Below, in pieces: positions 9,013 through 18,458 of a stretch of 41,715 nucleotides of DNA. The notes beneath the pieces are model-generated. The model was not told where the DNA came from, searched no databases, and was given only the letters and a program-made list of their open reading frames with translations. The stretch's first letter is position 1. Every line of letters starts with the position of its first letter. The stretch comes from Verrucomicrobiota bacterium (lineage in GTDB: Bacteria > Verrucomicrobiota > Verrucomicrobiia > Chthoniobacterales > JAFAMB01). The stretch spans positions 1-41,715 of the forward strand of contig JAFAMB010000069.1 of assembly GCA_019233825.1 (NCBI GenBank). The letters run 5' to 3'. Both the position numbers and the translations under genes were made by a program.

Positions 9013-9075
9013 CTCAAAACTCAAAACCCAAAACCCAAAACCCAAAACTCAAAACCCAAAACCCTACACCCTACA
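9013..9075. repeat. Heptamer array, right arm of an inverted pair
   Basis: The units are CTCAAAA x2, CCCAAAA x3, CTCAAAA and CCCAAAA (9013-9061), then CCCTACA x2 (9062-9075). The last unit overlaps the stop codon of the GT4 gene at 9071. Confidence 0.9.
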
Positions 9076-10273
9076 CCAGTAGCGATTCGTACAATTTCTT
9101 TGTTTCGGCGGCGATCGTGGCCCAGCTGAACCTCTCGACGGCTCGTTTGCGTCCGGCTTCACCAAACTTTTGGCGCAACCGTTCGTCCCTCATCAGTTGA
9201 TTAACCTTTTCGGCAAGATCGCGGGAAAATTTGTCTGGATTCACTGGCTCGAACGGGCTCTCCTGCATCTGCTCCAATGGGACTAGAAAACCGGTCTCAC
9301 CATCGACTACCACCTCTTTGATTCCTCCAACGGCTGAAGCGACCACTGCGGTTTCACACGCCATGGCCTCCAAGTTAATGATTCCGAAAGGCTCATAGAT
9401 CGAAGGACAACAAAAAACCGCCGCATGGCTGTAAAGCTGATAAACAACCTCTTTCGAAACCATCTTCTCGATCCAGATGACCCCGGCCCTTTTGCTTTGT
9501 GCCTCGGCTACGGCTTGCTTCATTTCCTCGGCAATCTCAGGCGTGTCCGGCGCTCCGGCACAAAGGACGACCTGAAAACCAGGCTCCATGTATTTTATAG
9601 CGTTCACTAGGTGAATAATGCCTTTCTGCCGAGCAATTCGACCGACGAACAAAATGAATGGCTTGTCCGGAGCAATCCCATGATTTGCCAACTGATCACG
9701 CGACTCGCGTCGATAATATTCTTCGGGATCGATCCCGTTGTAGATGATCCGGATTCGTTTGGCGTCAATATTGAAGAGCCGCAGCACGTCGCGACGTGTT
9801 TCCTCAGACACCGCAACCACGGCATCGGCCATTTCGATGGCCGTTTTTTCCAACCAACTTGAACAGTCATAGCCGTACCCCAATTGTTCCCGCTTCCATG
9901 GGCGCAACGGTTCCAGCGAATGGACGGTCAGAACCATCGGAATGTTGTAGTTGAGTTTGGCCAGAATGCCGCCGAAATGGGTGTACCAAGTGTGGCAGTG
10001 GACCACGTGTGCATCCACACCAACCGTATTAAAATCCGTACAACGCCGGATCGCTCCAAATACCGAATTCAGATTCTTCGGGCAATGGAAAGTGGCCGTA
10101 TTAACGCCGAATCCGCGTACGGTTAAATTTGGCTGCTCAATTTCCTGGTCTCCAAAGCAACGTACTTCGACGTCCATTATCTTTGACAATCCGCGGCTCA
10201 GATAATCGACGTGAACACCTGCACCCCCGTAGATGTAAGGGGGATACTCGTTCGTCAGAAGGAGGACTTTCAT
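9071..10273 (-). CDS. GT4 glycogen-synthase-like glucosyltransferase (actinobacterial GlgA/GlgM-like)
   Basis: The 400-aa ORF begins MKVLLLTNEYPPYIYGGAGVHVDYLSRGL. This N-terminus is typical of the GT4 type of glycogen synthase. The C-terminal part reads FVGRIARQKG...PSIYEPFGIINLEAMACETAVVASAVGGIKEVV. Substrate specificity cannot be decided from the sequence alone. Confidence 0.75.
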   Translation of the reverse strand: MKVLLLTNEYPPYIYGGAGVHVDYLSRGLSKIMDVEVRCFGDQEIEQPNLTVRGFGVNTATFHCPKNLNSVFGAIRRCTDFNTVGVDAHVVHCHTWYTHFGGILAKLNYNIPMVLTVHSLEPLRPWKREQLGYGYDCSSWLEKTAIEMADAVVAVSEETRRDVLRLFNIDAKRIRIIYNGIDPEEYYRRESRDQLANHGIAPDKPFILFVGRIARQKGIIHLVNAIKYMEPGFQVVLCAGAPDTPEIAEEMKQAVAEAQSKRAGVIWIEKMVSKEVVYQLYSHAAVFCCPSIYEPFGIINLEAMACETAVVASAVGGIKEVVVDGETGFLVPLEQMQESPFEPVNPDKFSRDLAEKVNQLMRDERLRQKFGEAGRKRAVERFSWATIAAETKKLYESLLV

Positions 10274-10321
10274 GGTGGGAGTAAGAATTCAAGGGCTTGA
10301 GAGGGCCAGAAGTCAAGGAGT

Positions 10322-10469
10322 CAGTGCCAGTGAGAGGTTAGAGGTGAGAAGCAGAGCAAATAGCGGCGCTGGTTGGTAGAGAGAGGAACTATCGCGGTAA
10401 TTGCGGCGTCAGCTACTCAAGAACTCAAGTCCCCTGCGTCCCGTTCACCTCTCACTGACACTGGCACTG
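10322..10469. repeat. Inverted repeat pair in the spacer between hppA and the GT4 gene
   Basis: cagtgccagtgagaggt (10322-10338) is complementary to acctctcactg[acactg]gcactg (10447-10469). The right arm carries a 6-nt internal duplication. About 108 nt separate the arms. Confidence 0.75.
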
Positions 10470-10475
10470 CCCTCC

Positions 10476-12569
10476 TCATTTGAACACGATCGGGATAATC
10501 AGAATCGCCAAAACGTTCGCTACTTTGATCATCGGATTGATGGCGGGTCCGGCTGTGTCCTTGTATGGATCCCCAACGGTGTCGCCCGTAACGGCAGCCT
10601 GGTGCGCCGGTGATCCCTTGCCACCAAGGTTACCCTCCTCGATGTATTTTTTGGCATTGTCCCAGGCGCCGCCACCCGACGTCATGGAGATCGCCACAAA
10701 CAATCCGGTTACGATCGTCCCGACCAATACGGCTCCCAAAACCACGTAACCGAAAAACGATGCAACGACGACAAATAAAACCGGAAGCAGTGCCGGGACA
10801 ATCATCTCCTTCAGCGCCGCCTTCGTCACAATGTCAACGCACTTTCCATACTCGGGAGTTTCCGTCCCAGTCAAAATTCCTGGTTTGGCCTGGACCTGAC
10901 GGCGGACTTCTTTCACAACCGCGCCGGCGGCCTTCCCTACAGCCTGCATGCTGAATGAGCTGAAAAGGAACGGTAAAAGTCCGCCAATGAACAAACCGAT
11001 GATGACCTGAGGCTGTTCCAGCGAGTAATCGGAAGACTTCATTTCGAGTCCACCGACCGCCGAGAGGTGGGCTCTCAGTTCGGAGACATACGAACCGAAT
11101 AGAACAAGGGCGGCAAGTCCGGCCGAAGCAATAGCGTACCCTTTGGTGACCGCTTTCATCGTGTTCCCGACCGCATCCAGCTGGTCGGTAATCGCTCTGG
11201 TCGATTTGGGTAGATCGCTCATCACCGCGACTCCGCCCGCATTATCTGTGATAGGGCCAAAGGCATCGAGCGAAATAATGATCCCCGCCATAGAAAGCAT
11301 ACTCATCACGGCGACCGCGATTCCATAGAGTCCGGCGCAATAGTAACTCAAGATAATTGCCAGGCCGATGAAAACCACCGGCAAGGCGGTTGCCTGCTGG
11401 CCAATGGCCAGCCCGGCAATGATATTGGTTGCATGACCCGTCTCTGACGCCAGAGCGATCTTCCGGACAGGTCTGAACGACATCGAGGTGTAATAATTCG
11501 TGATGGTCACGATGACCCCTGTCATCGCGAGTCCGATCAGGGCTGCCAGATACAGTTGATTAGGAGTGTAAGTAGATGAGCCGACCTCAATCGTGCCGGG
11601 AAACAGTAGTTTCACAGCCGGCCAATAAAGAACCGCCGAGACCAGGGCGTTTACGCCGACCGCCTCGATGAGCACCTGTGTGGGATTGGTTTTCCGGAAG
11701 TTCACCCACCAGACACCGGCAATCGCTCCGATCACCGAAATCCCTCCCAGCAGAAACGGGAAAACCACCGCTTCCGGGGATTTAGGAATGGTCAGAAATC
11801 CGACGAGAATCACTCCTATCATGCTTACCGCATAGGTCTCAAAAACATCGGCCGCCATCCCGGCGCAATCGCCGACGTTGTCTCCAACGTTGTCCGCGAT
11901 CGTAGCGGGATTTCTGGGATCGTCTTCTTCGAGGTGAGTTTCAATCTTGCCGACCAAATCTGCACCAACATCTGCCGCCTTGGTATAGATCCCGCCTCCC
12001 AGCCGGGCGAAAACGCTAATCAGGCTGGCACCGAGCGCTAAACCCACCAGACTACTGACCACCTGTTCCTGGCTTCCCAGCATGGCCTCTCCGATCTTGT
12101 AGTAGAGGCCGACTGCCAGCAACGCCAACCCGACGACGAGCAGGCCCGTCACGGCTCCGCCGTTAAACGCAACACGAAGAGCTGCGTGCTTCGAGTTCAT
12201 CGCCGCTTCCGCAGTTCGACAGTTCGACAACACGGCGACACGCATCCCGATATAGCCGGCTGCCATCGAACAAGCAGCCCCGATCAGGAAGCCAAACGAC
12301 GTATAGAACCCTTTCGCAAAGATCAGAATCACAAAAATTATCGCGGCGATCATCCCGACCGAAGCGATCTGCCGATTCAAGTATGCCTTCGCCCCTTCCT
12401 GGACCGCCGCTGCGATCTGACGCATGCGCTCATTGCCGGGCGAACAGGAGATCACCAATCGGATCAGATAGTAGGCGAAGCCCAGACCCACCAGCGCACA
12501 CAGCAGCGCCAACCAAACACCAGACCGCAAAAGCAAAGCCGACAAAAAGGGGGAAATCATGGAAATCAT
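10476..12569 (-). CDS. hppA: Membrane-bound H+-translocating pyrophosphatase with a K+-independent-type signature
   Basis: The 697-aa polytopic protein carries [34 protein letters not shown] and [13 protein letters not shown]. The last has Lys and Thr in the GNTT(A/K)Ax(G/T)KG determinant. Confidence 0.95.
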   Translation of the reverse strand: MISMISPFLSALLLRSGVWLALLCALVGLGFAYYLIRLVISCSPGNERMRQIAAAVQEGAKAYLNRQIASVGMIAAIIFVILIFAKGFYTSFGFLIGAACSMAAGYIGMRVAVLSNCRTAEAAMNSKHAALRVAFNGGAVTGLLVVGLALLAVGLYYKIGEAMLGSQEQVVSSLVGLALGASLISVFARLGGGIYTKAADVGADLVGKIETHLEEDDPRNPATIADNVGDNVGDCAGMAADVFETYAVSMIGVILVGFLTIPKSPEAVVFPFLLGGISVIGAIAGVWWVNFRKTNPTQVLIEAVGVNALVSAVLYWPAVKLLFPGTIEVGSSTYTPNQLYLAALIGLAMTGVIVTITNYYTSMSFRPVRKIALASETGHATNIIAGLAIGQQATALPVVFIGLAIILSYYCAGLYGIAVAVMSMLSMAGIIISLDAFGPITDNAGGVAVMSDLPKSTRAITDQLDAVGNTMKAVTKGYAIASAGLAALVLFGSYVSELRAHLSAVGGLEMKSSDYSLEQPQVIIGLFIGGLLPFLFSSFSMQAVGKAAGAVVKEVRRQVQAKPGILTGTETPEYGKCVDIVTKAALKEMIVPALLPVLFVVVASFFGYVVLGAVLVGTIVTGLFVAISMTSGGGAWDNAKKYIEEGNLGGKGSPAHQAAVTGDTVGDPYKDTAGPAINPMIKVANVLAILIIPIVFK

Positions 12570-12630
12570 AATTCAAATAGGAAAGGGAATTAGTGGCTGA
12601 CCAACCGGACTTTTGCAACCCGCAATGCTA

Positions 12631-13533
12631 TCATTTTCTTACGTGACTCAGGATTGCCTTCTGCGCATGCAGTCGGTTTTCGGCTTGATCGAAGATCGTC
12701 TTGGCATGCTTCTCCAAGGTCTCTTCGGTTATCTCTTTGCCGCGGTAGGCGGGCAGACAGTGCAGCACGAGAGCTCCGGAAGCCGCTTGGGCCACCAGCC
12801 GTTCGTTGATCTGAAATGACCCAAGTTCCTTGAGACGTTCGGTGCTTTCGTTTTCAAACCCCATGCTTACCCAGACGTCGGTATAGAGCACGTCCGCCCG
12901 GTCAGCGCCGGCGATGGGATCATCTGTGACGATAATTTTCCGATTTGTCAGTCTCGCCAGGAACGAAGCGTCCGGCCGGTAGTTCTTCGGAGACGCAATT
13001 CTCAGTTCGAATCTGAGCCGCTCGGCAGCCCAAATCCACGAACGCGCGACGTTGTTGTTACCGTCGCCTACAAAACAGATAATCAAATCGTCCAGACTCC
13101 CACGTTTTTCTAATATGGTCAGAAGATCAGCTAAGATCTGGCAAGGATGTTCCTCGTCGGTCAAAGCGTTAATTGTCGGAATCCGGCTGTATTCGGCAAA
13201 TTTCTCAACATCAAGCTGAGCAAAGGTTCGTATCACCGCGCCGTGAACCATCCGCCCAAGGACCCGGGCGGTATCGACGATCGCTTCTCCTCGACCTAAT
13301 TGAATATCGTTTTGCGAAAGAAATACAACGCTTCCCCCGAGCTCGCGGATGCCGACTTCAAAACTGACTCGCGTGCGGGTCGATGGTTTACTAAAGATCA
13401 AGGCCCAGGTTTGTCCGTGGAGAGGCCGCTCCGAAGTGTTGTCCCGATCTGCCTTAATCTTCATCGAAAACGTCAGCAGATTCGTGAGTTCTTCGGCGGT
13501 CTGCGCTTCAATCGAAAGAAAATGCCTTATCAT
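12631..13533 (-). CDS. argF: Ornithine carbamoyltransferase
   Basis: The motifs are SKPSTRTR (carbamoyl-phosphate site), HPCQ, DVWVSMG and HCLPAYRGKE. The 4-nt ATGA overlap with argD indicates translational coupling. Confidence 0.9.
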   Translation of the reverse strand: MIRHFLSIEAQTAEELTNLLTFSMKIKADRDNTSERPLHGQTWALIFSKPSTRTRVSFEVGIRELGGSVVFLSQNDIQLGRGEAIVDTARVLGRMVHGAVIRTFAQLDVEKFAEYSRIPTINALTDEEHPCQILADLLTILEKRGSLDDLIICFVGDGNNNVARSWIWAAERLRFELRIASPKNYRPDASFLARLTNRKIIVTDDPIAGADRADVLYTDVWVSMGFENESTERLKELGSFQINERLVAQAASGALVLHCLPAYRGKEITEETLEKHAKTIFDQAENRLHAQKAILSHVRK

Positions 13534-14816
13534 GAAACCATCGCCGCCAGAGTCTTGCTGAGGATTAACACGGCCTGATCGATTTCCTCTCTCGACACGA
13601 TCAGCGGAGGCAACCAGCGGATCACCGACGGGCCGGCCGGTACCGCCAGGAGGCCGTTTCGCATTAGCTCAATCGCGACCGCTTGGGAAGGCGTTTTTCC
13701 GCTTGCCCCCAGGGTACCTAACTCCGCTCCCAGCTCAATTCCCAGCATCAAACCCAGGCCACGAACTTCTTTTATTCCCGGGATAGCCGCGAGCTTCCGT
13801 TTCGCGTAATCACCCTGGGTCCGGGCATTTGCCAGCAGCCCCTCCCTTTCTATAGTCTCTAAAACCGCCGAAGAGGTCGCGCAAGCAAGGGGAGTGCCTC
13901 CGTAGGTTGTACCATGACTCCCCGGCTGCAAGAGATCACACAGGTCAACCGTGCCACCCGCCAGACGTTGAATCTTCCTTTTACGAACCCAGGTGGCTCC
14001 CAATGGGAATCCCCCGCCTATCCCCTTTGCCCAGCTGACGGTGTCCGGCACGAAATCCGCCCCCCCCACAATCTCCTTCCACCCGCACCAGTTGCCCAGA
14101 CGACCCAGTCCACACTGGATTTCGTCCAGCATGAGAAGCATCCCGTGCCGATCGCAAATGCTTCGCAAGCCCAGCAGGAATTCTCTGCTGGCGGCGTAAA
14201 TGCCACCCTCGCCTTGGACCGGTTCAACCAGAATGGCCACAGTCTGGCCGGTTATCGCCTTTTCAACGGCGTTCAAGTCATTGAATGGCAGATGGTTAAA
14301 CCCAGCCAGCAATGGAGCGAACCCTTCTTTGACCTTCTCTTGACCCGTCGCCGATATCCCCGCCATGGTTCGCCCGTGAAAGGACCGGTAGAACGTCAGG
14401 ATTTCAAATCTCGGTTTGTCACCGGAGGGGCTTCCAGCGCACTCGTTCCCAAATTTTCGAGCTAGCTTGATTACTGCCTCGTTGGCTTCGGCGCCGCTAT
14501 TCGAGAAAAAAACCTTGCCTGGGGAGCCAACGATCTCGACGAGTTTGCGGGCCAGTTCGGCCTGAGGACGCGTAAAATAAAGATTTGAAGTGTGAATCAA
14601 CTGCCGAGCCTGCCGATCCAGCGCCTCGATGATTCGCGGATGCGCATGGCCGAGAGTGGACACGGCAATACCCGCTCCGAAGTCCAAATACTCTTTGCCA
14701 TCTTCATCCCATACGCGGGAACCCTGTCCGCGAACTAAAACGACGTCGTACCTATCGTAATTGGGCACGACGAACTCTGCGAAGAGCTGCCGAGTCACTG
14801 ATTCTGTGGCTGTCAT
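13530..14816 (-). CDS. argD: Acetylornithine aminotransferase (class III PLP aminotransferase)
   Basis: The 428-aa ORF carries LMLDEIQCGLGRLG and the PLP-lysine region VSWAKGIGGGFPLGA. Its position next to argF supports argD. Confidence 0.88.
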   Translation of the reverse strand: MTATESVTRQLFAEFVVPNYDRYDVVLVRGQGSRVWDEDGKEYLDFGAGIAVSTLGHAHPRIIEALDRQARQLIHTSNLYFTRPQAELARKLVEIVGSPGKVFFSNSGAEANEAVIKLARKFGNECAGSPSGDKPRFEILTFYRSFHGRTMAGISATGQEKVKEGFAPLLAGFNHLPFNDLNAVEKAITGQTVAILVEPVQGEGGIYAASREFLLGLRSICDRHGMLLMLDEIQCGLGRLGNWCGWKEIVGGADFVPDTVSWAKGIGGGFPLGATWVRKRKIQRLAGGTVDLCDLLQPGSHGTTYGGTPLACATSSAVLETIEREGLLANARTQGDYAKRKLAAIPGIKEVRGLGLMLGIELGAELGTLGASGKTPSQAVAIELMRNGLLAVPAGPSVIRWLPPLIVSREEIDQAVLILSKTLAAMVS

Positions 14817-14972
14817 CGGGAAGGCAGAGAATAACCTGTCGCACCCATTCGCACAAGCGGAGGGATGCGCTAGTCAGCGGATGGCGTTGACCTCTGCCGG
14901 GCTTCCTCCCATTCACTGAGGAACGCTCGCGAGCGCGTGACCGCAGAGCGACGCACACCTAATGCTTTCGGG

Positions 14973-15002
14973 TTGACAGCCGGCTCTATGAAGTCTTATA
15001 AA
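14973..15002 (+). promoter_or_regulatory. Candidate sigma70-type promoter for the sugar-uptake operon
   Basis: TTGACA lies at 14973-14978 and TATAAA at 14997-15002, with an 18-nt spacer. The site is about 165 nt upstream of the binding-protein start. This is a pattern match only. Confidence 0.35.
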
Positions 15003-15165
15003 AGCGCGGACTTAATTATTTCGCGATTCGAAGAAATTCGCTTGCAAATCTCCCTCAGTCTCGACTTGCCACTGCTCGTTTTCAGATCAAACAATTAAAC
15101 TCTCAACCTGTCGCCAAACATTACCTCTTAACAAGCTGCAAACATTCGAAGGAGTTGCCACGATC

Positions 15166-16467
15166 ATGCGCATCAAGTTCCCCCATGTCTTGCCGATCGC
15201 AGCCGCGCTAGCGACTACGATGTCGGTCGGGTTTGCTACCGAGATCGATCTCTGGTTCATCCCGATGTCGTCCGAGGGTCCGATGAAAGAGCCCCTGCTT
15301 AAATGGATGAAAGACACCCTCCCAAAGGAGCTGCCCGGCATAACCGTCGGTGATAACTACGGGCCGCCCATTTACCAGGACGCCCAGCAAAAGTTCATCG
15401 TTCAAGGCCGCAAAGGAAAGCCGGACGTAATCGAGGCGGTTCTGGAAGGCATGATTGCCTATCAGAGAGCCGGTCTGCTCGCCCCAGTCGATGATCTTTT
15501 TGACAGGTGGTCAGACAAGGACCAGTTCATCCCGAGCACGATCAAAGCCCTAACCCTCAACGGTAAACTCTACGGGGTGCCCTACAATACGAACGTGCGA
15601 GTCCTCCTTTATCGGAAAGATCTGTTCCAGAAATATGGGATGACTCCCCCAAAAACCTGGGACGAAATGCTTCAGGACGCCGCCACGATCTCTGCGAAAG
15701 AATCGGGTGTCGCGGGCCTCGGTTTGACGACCAAGAACGGAAGCGTCAGAACATTTCAGGAATTCATTTCGTTTTTTTTCCAGGTTAACAACGGCGAAAA
15801 CCCATACAAATATGATGAGGCCGGCAAAAAGTGGGCAATGAATACTTCGCCCGAAAAATTTGGGCAGGTTCTGAAGCTCTATAGCGATTGCTTTTTTGCC
15901 GGGAATCCTCCCGCGGTAAACCAGAACACGCGCGGAAACGATTACCAGGCGACCGACACCGACTATGTGTCCGGCAAGAGCGCCATGGTACCCATGGGCC
16001 CCTGGATCTATCAGTATCGGGCAAACGGAGAGGTCGCCAAGAAGATCCTCGAGGAGGAAACTGGTGTGGCTCCGCTTCCCCTGCCGCCGGGCGGAGTTCA
16101 GGCGACCTACCTGGAAGTCAAGCCGATCTCCATCAATGCTTTCTCCAAGGAAAAGGATGCGGCTTGGGAACTCGTTAAGGCACTGACAAGCAAGGAGTTC
16201 ATCGCCATGGCCAACCGGACCGAAGGTGTCAATCCGCCGCGCAAGGATGTCGCGGAGCTACCGGAGTTCAAAAACGACTGGTGGGAACAAGCTTTTATCG
16301 CGCAACTGCCAACCGGAGTCGCGCTGGCACCAATCAACTGGGGACTTGTCATCAACGACATCACGGAAGCTATGCAAAAGGCGATCTACAAAAATCAGGC
16401 TCCGGAAGATGCTGGAAAGGAGCTTTACAATACGCTCGAGCAAAGGGCTGAAAAGAACCAACTATAA
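15166..16467 (+). CDS. ABC transporter extracellular solute-binding protein, family 1 (sugar)
   Basis: The 433-aa ORF has a signal peptide (MRIKFPHVLPIAAALATTMSVGFA) and an AAGGAG RBS upstream. Its length and composition fit family 1, and it sits in an operon with MalF/MalG-type permeases. Confidence 0.85.
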   Translation: MRIKFPHVLPIAAALATTMSVGFATEIDLWFIPMSSEGPMKEPLLKWMKDTLPKELPGITVGDNYGPPIYQDAQQKFIVQGRKGKPDVIEAVLEGMIAYQRAGLLAPVDDLFDRWSDKDQFIPSTIKALTLNGKLYGVPYNTNVRVLLYRKDLFQKYGMTPPKTWDEMLQDAATISAKESGVAGLGLTTKNGSVRTFQEFISFFFQVNNGENPYKYDEAGKKWAMNTSPEKFGQVLKLYSDCFFAGNPPAVNQNTRGNDYQATDTDYVSGKSAMVPMGPWIYQYRANGEVAKKILEEETGVAPLPLPPGGVQATYLEVKPISINAFSKEKDAAWELVKALTSKEFIAMANRTEGVNPPRKDVAELPEFKNDWWEQAFIAQLPTGVALAPINWGLVINDITEAMQKAIYKNQAPEDAGKELYNTLEQRAEKNQL

Positions 16468-16501
16468 TCTTTTCTTGGAAGGGCGGAGATCCACGGCTCA
16501 G

Positions 16502-16537
16502 GCGGAGCTTCGCCCTACCGCGGAGCTTCGCCCTACC
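16502..16537. repeat. Two perfect tandem 18-mers (GCGGAGCTTCGCCCTACC), a module of the mosaic GC-rich family
   Basis: 16502-16519 and 16520-16537 are identical. The same GGAGC(T/C)TCGCCCTACC module occurs in both orientations at 34724-34826. Related copies lie at 29607-29617 and about 39031-39049. Confidence 0.9.
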
Positions 16538-16585
16538 TGTTTTTGTTGTTGGTCGTTCGAATGGATACAAAATCCAAAAGGCTGG

Positions 16586-16614
16586 GGCACGGGTCGCGCT
16601 CCCGCGCGACTGCC
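16586..16614. repeat. GC-rich hairpin module (GTCGCGC-TCCC-GCGCGAC)
   Basis: A 7-bp stem pairs 16593-16599 with 16604-16610. It is extended by GGCA/TGCC pairing. The same core lies at 25847-25864, and a near-copy lies at 34706-34719. Confidence 0.8.
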
Positions 16615-16704
16615 GTTTAGGCAATCCGAGAGTATCAACGCGGTCAGCGCGCGTGGGAGCGTGTGGCCCTCCCTCGAGATTGACTTCGGATTTAGCCTTT
16701 TCCA

Positions 16705-17628
16705 ATGAGCTCGGTCCTTCGGTCAGAGAATAACGCGCTCACACTCTGGCAAAATCTTAGTAGAAAGAGTTTCGGCTACGCGATTCTTTTCCCTGCACTC
16801 CTGGTCATTCTTGGGCTGAATCTTTACCCAACAATATCCGGAATTCTGACCTCTTTTACAAACCAGTCTCTGATCGATCCGGGCCATTCCGTGTACGTCG
16901 GCCTCGAAAATTACTTCAAGCTCCTGAAGGATCCGGTTTTTCAGATTTCGCTCCTGCATTCCCTGGAGCTTACCTTTTTCGCCGTAGTGCTTCAGGTCAT
17001 TTTGGGCTTGGTGATGGCGCATTTGCTGATCCAGAAAGTGCCCGGTATTCACTTTTTCCGGAGTGTCGCGATGATCACCTGGGTGCTTCCGATCATCGCT
17101 TCCGTCGTCATGTTCCGATTCATGACGCTGCCAAGCTACGGATTCGTGAACATTTTATTGAAGGATGTGGGTCAGGAACGCCTGGCGCGTAATTGGTTTG
17201 GTGATGAGACATTCGCATTTCTCCTGGTCCTCATCATGCATCTTTGGCGAAACGTCCCCTTCTACGCTGTTGCCTTCATGGCAGCCATGCAGGCGATTTC
17301 AAGCGATCTCTATGAGGCGGCACGAATCGATGGAGCAGGCGAGTGGCGGCAATTCTGGTTCATCACGCTTCCCAATCTCAGATATATTATCCTGGTGATG
17401 GTCGTGCTCCATGTAACCTTCACCTTCAACAATTTTGACTTTGTTTTTCTCTCGACCGGCGGCGGCCCGGTGAACGCAACGGAGGTGTTATCAACCTACA
17501 TTTATAAGCAAGCCTGGAACGGATATGCGCTCGGTTATGCCAGCGCCGGGGGCGTGATTATGCTCGTGGTTCTCGTTTTCCTGGTGCTTGTCTGCAACAA
17601 ATTTATTAAAGGCTTGTCAGAAGAATGA
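16705..17628 (+). CDS. ABC sugar transporter permease (MalF/UgpA-like)
   Basis: The 307-aa protein has multiple TM segments and an EAA loop (YEAARIDGAGEWRQFWFITLP). Confidence 0.88.
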   Translation: MSSVLRSENNALTLWQNLSRKSFGYAILFPALLVILGLNLYPTISGILTSFTNQSLIDPGHSVYVGLENYFKLLKDPVFQISLLHSLELTFFAVVLQVILGLVMAHLLIQKVPGIHFFRSVAMITWVLPIIASVVMFRFMTLPSYGFVNILLKDVGQERLARNWFGDETFAFLLVLIMHLWRNVPFYAVAFMAAMQAISSDLYEAARIDGAGEWRQFWFITLPNLRYIILVMVVLHVTFTFNNFDFVFLSTGGGPVNATEVLSTYIYKQAWNGYALGYASAGGVIMLVVLVFLVLVCNKFIKGLSEE

Positions 17629-18458
17629 GAAAACCGCTTCCGACCCGCGCGACTGTGACCTGCACCGGTCTGGCAATTTTTTATTTGTGCCTGCTTCTGC
17701 CTATCGCCTGGTTGGTTCTCTCGAGTTTCCGCAGTAGTGATTCGATTCAATCGGGACGCCTCTTACCTCTGTGGTCAGAACTGACCTTCCAAAATTACAT
17801 CGAGACCTTTCAGATCAGCAACTTCATCACCTACCTGGTGAATTCATTCGTGATCGCATTCAGTGTGATGGTGCTGACCGTTTTCCTAGGCAGCCTGGGC
17901 GCTTACGCTTTGAGCCGATTTACTTTGAAAGGTAAGCGCCTTTTCATGATGGCCGCGCTGTTGCCGCAGTTCTTTCCCTACGTCCTGGTGCTGATTCCAT
18001 TTTATGTTCTAATGTCGAACCTGAACTTGGTCGACAGCCATCTCGGACTGATTCTGACTCATACCTCAATCACGCTGCCATTTGCCCTCTGGATGTTGAC
18101 CGGCTACTTCAACGCCATTCCGCGTGAACTTGACCAGGCCGCTCTTATAGACGGATGCTCGCGATTAGGCGTATTGTTTCGCATCCTTTATCCGGTGGCA
18201 ATTCCAGGCCTCGTGGTCGCCGGTTTCTTTGCGTTCGTGGTCTCCTGGGGCGACTACCTCTTCGTTTCCATTCTGTCACAGAGCAATCAGACCCAGACTC
18301 TGCCTATCGGGTTGCAGACCTTCATGAGCAGCTTACAGGTTAGATGGGGCTTGATCACCGCGGGGACGGTCTTGGCCATCATTCCGACGGTGGTGTTCTT
18401 TTCGATCGTGCAGCGCAGATTGGTTTCCGGTCTGACCGCAGGGGCGGTCAAAACTTAA
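17625..18458 (+). CDS. ABC sugar transporter permease (MalG/UgpE-like)
   Basis: The 277-aa ORF has an EAA loop (DQAALIDGCSRLGVLFRILYP). It overlaps the upstream permease gene by 4 nt. Confidence 0.88.
   Translation: MRKPLPTRATVTCTGLAIFYLCLLLPIAWLVLSSFRSSDSIQSGRLLPLWSELTFQNYIETFQISNFITYLVNSFVIAFSVMVLTVFLGSLGAYALSRFTLKGKRLFMMAALLPQFFPYVLVLIPFYVLMSNLNLVDSHLGLILTHTSITLPFALWMLTGYFNAIPRELDQAALIDGCSRLGVLFRILYPVAIPGLVVAGFFAFVVSWGDYLFVSILSQSNQTQTLPIGLQTFMSSLQVRWGLITAGTVLAIIPTVVFFSIVQRRLVSGLTAGAVKT

Noticed and set aside
8905-9075. The possibility that the short-unit arrays (573-835, 8905-9075, 23105-23287) are CRISPR arrays.
   Set aside because: The units are only 7-8 bp and directly abut each other with no spacers. 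The arrays occur as inverted pairs. No cas genes are present in the window.
8591-9082. Track ORF 8591..9082 (163 aa), ending in KTQNPKPKTQNPKP.
   Set aside because: The ORF is antisense to obg for most of its length. Its tail is simply the translated CCCAAAA heptamer array.
16226-16708. Track ORFs 16226..16708 (+) and 16370..16705 (-), which span the binding-protein/permease spacer.
   Set aside because: They are out of frame with, or antisense to, the binding-protein gene. They run through the tandem 18-mers (AELRPTAELRPT / GRAKLRGRAKLR), which is a repeat-derived translation.
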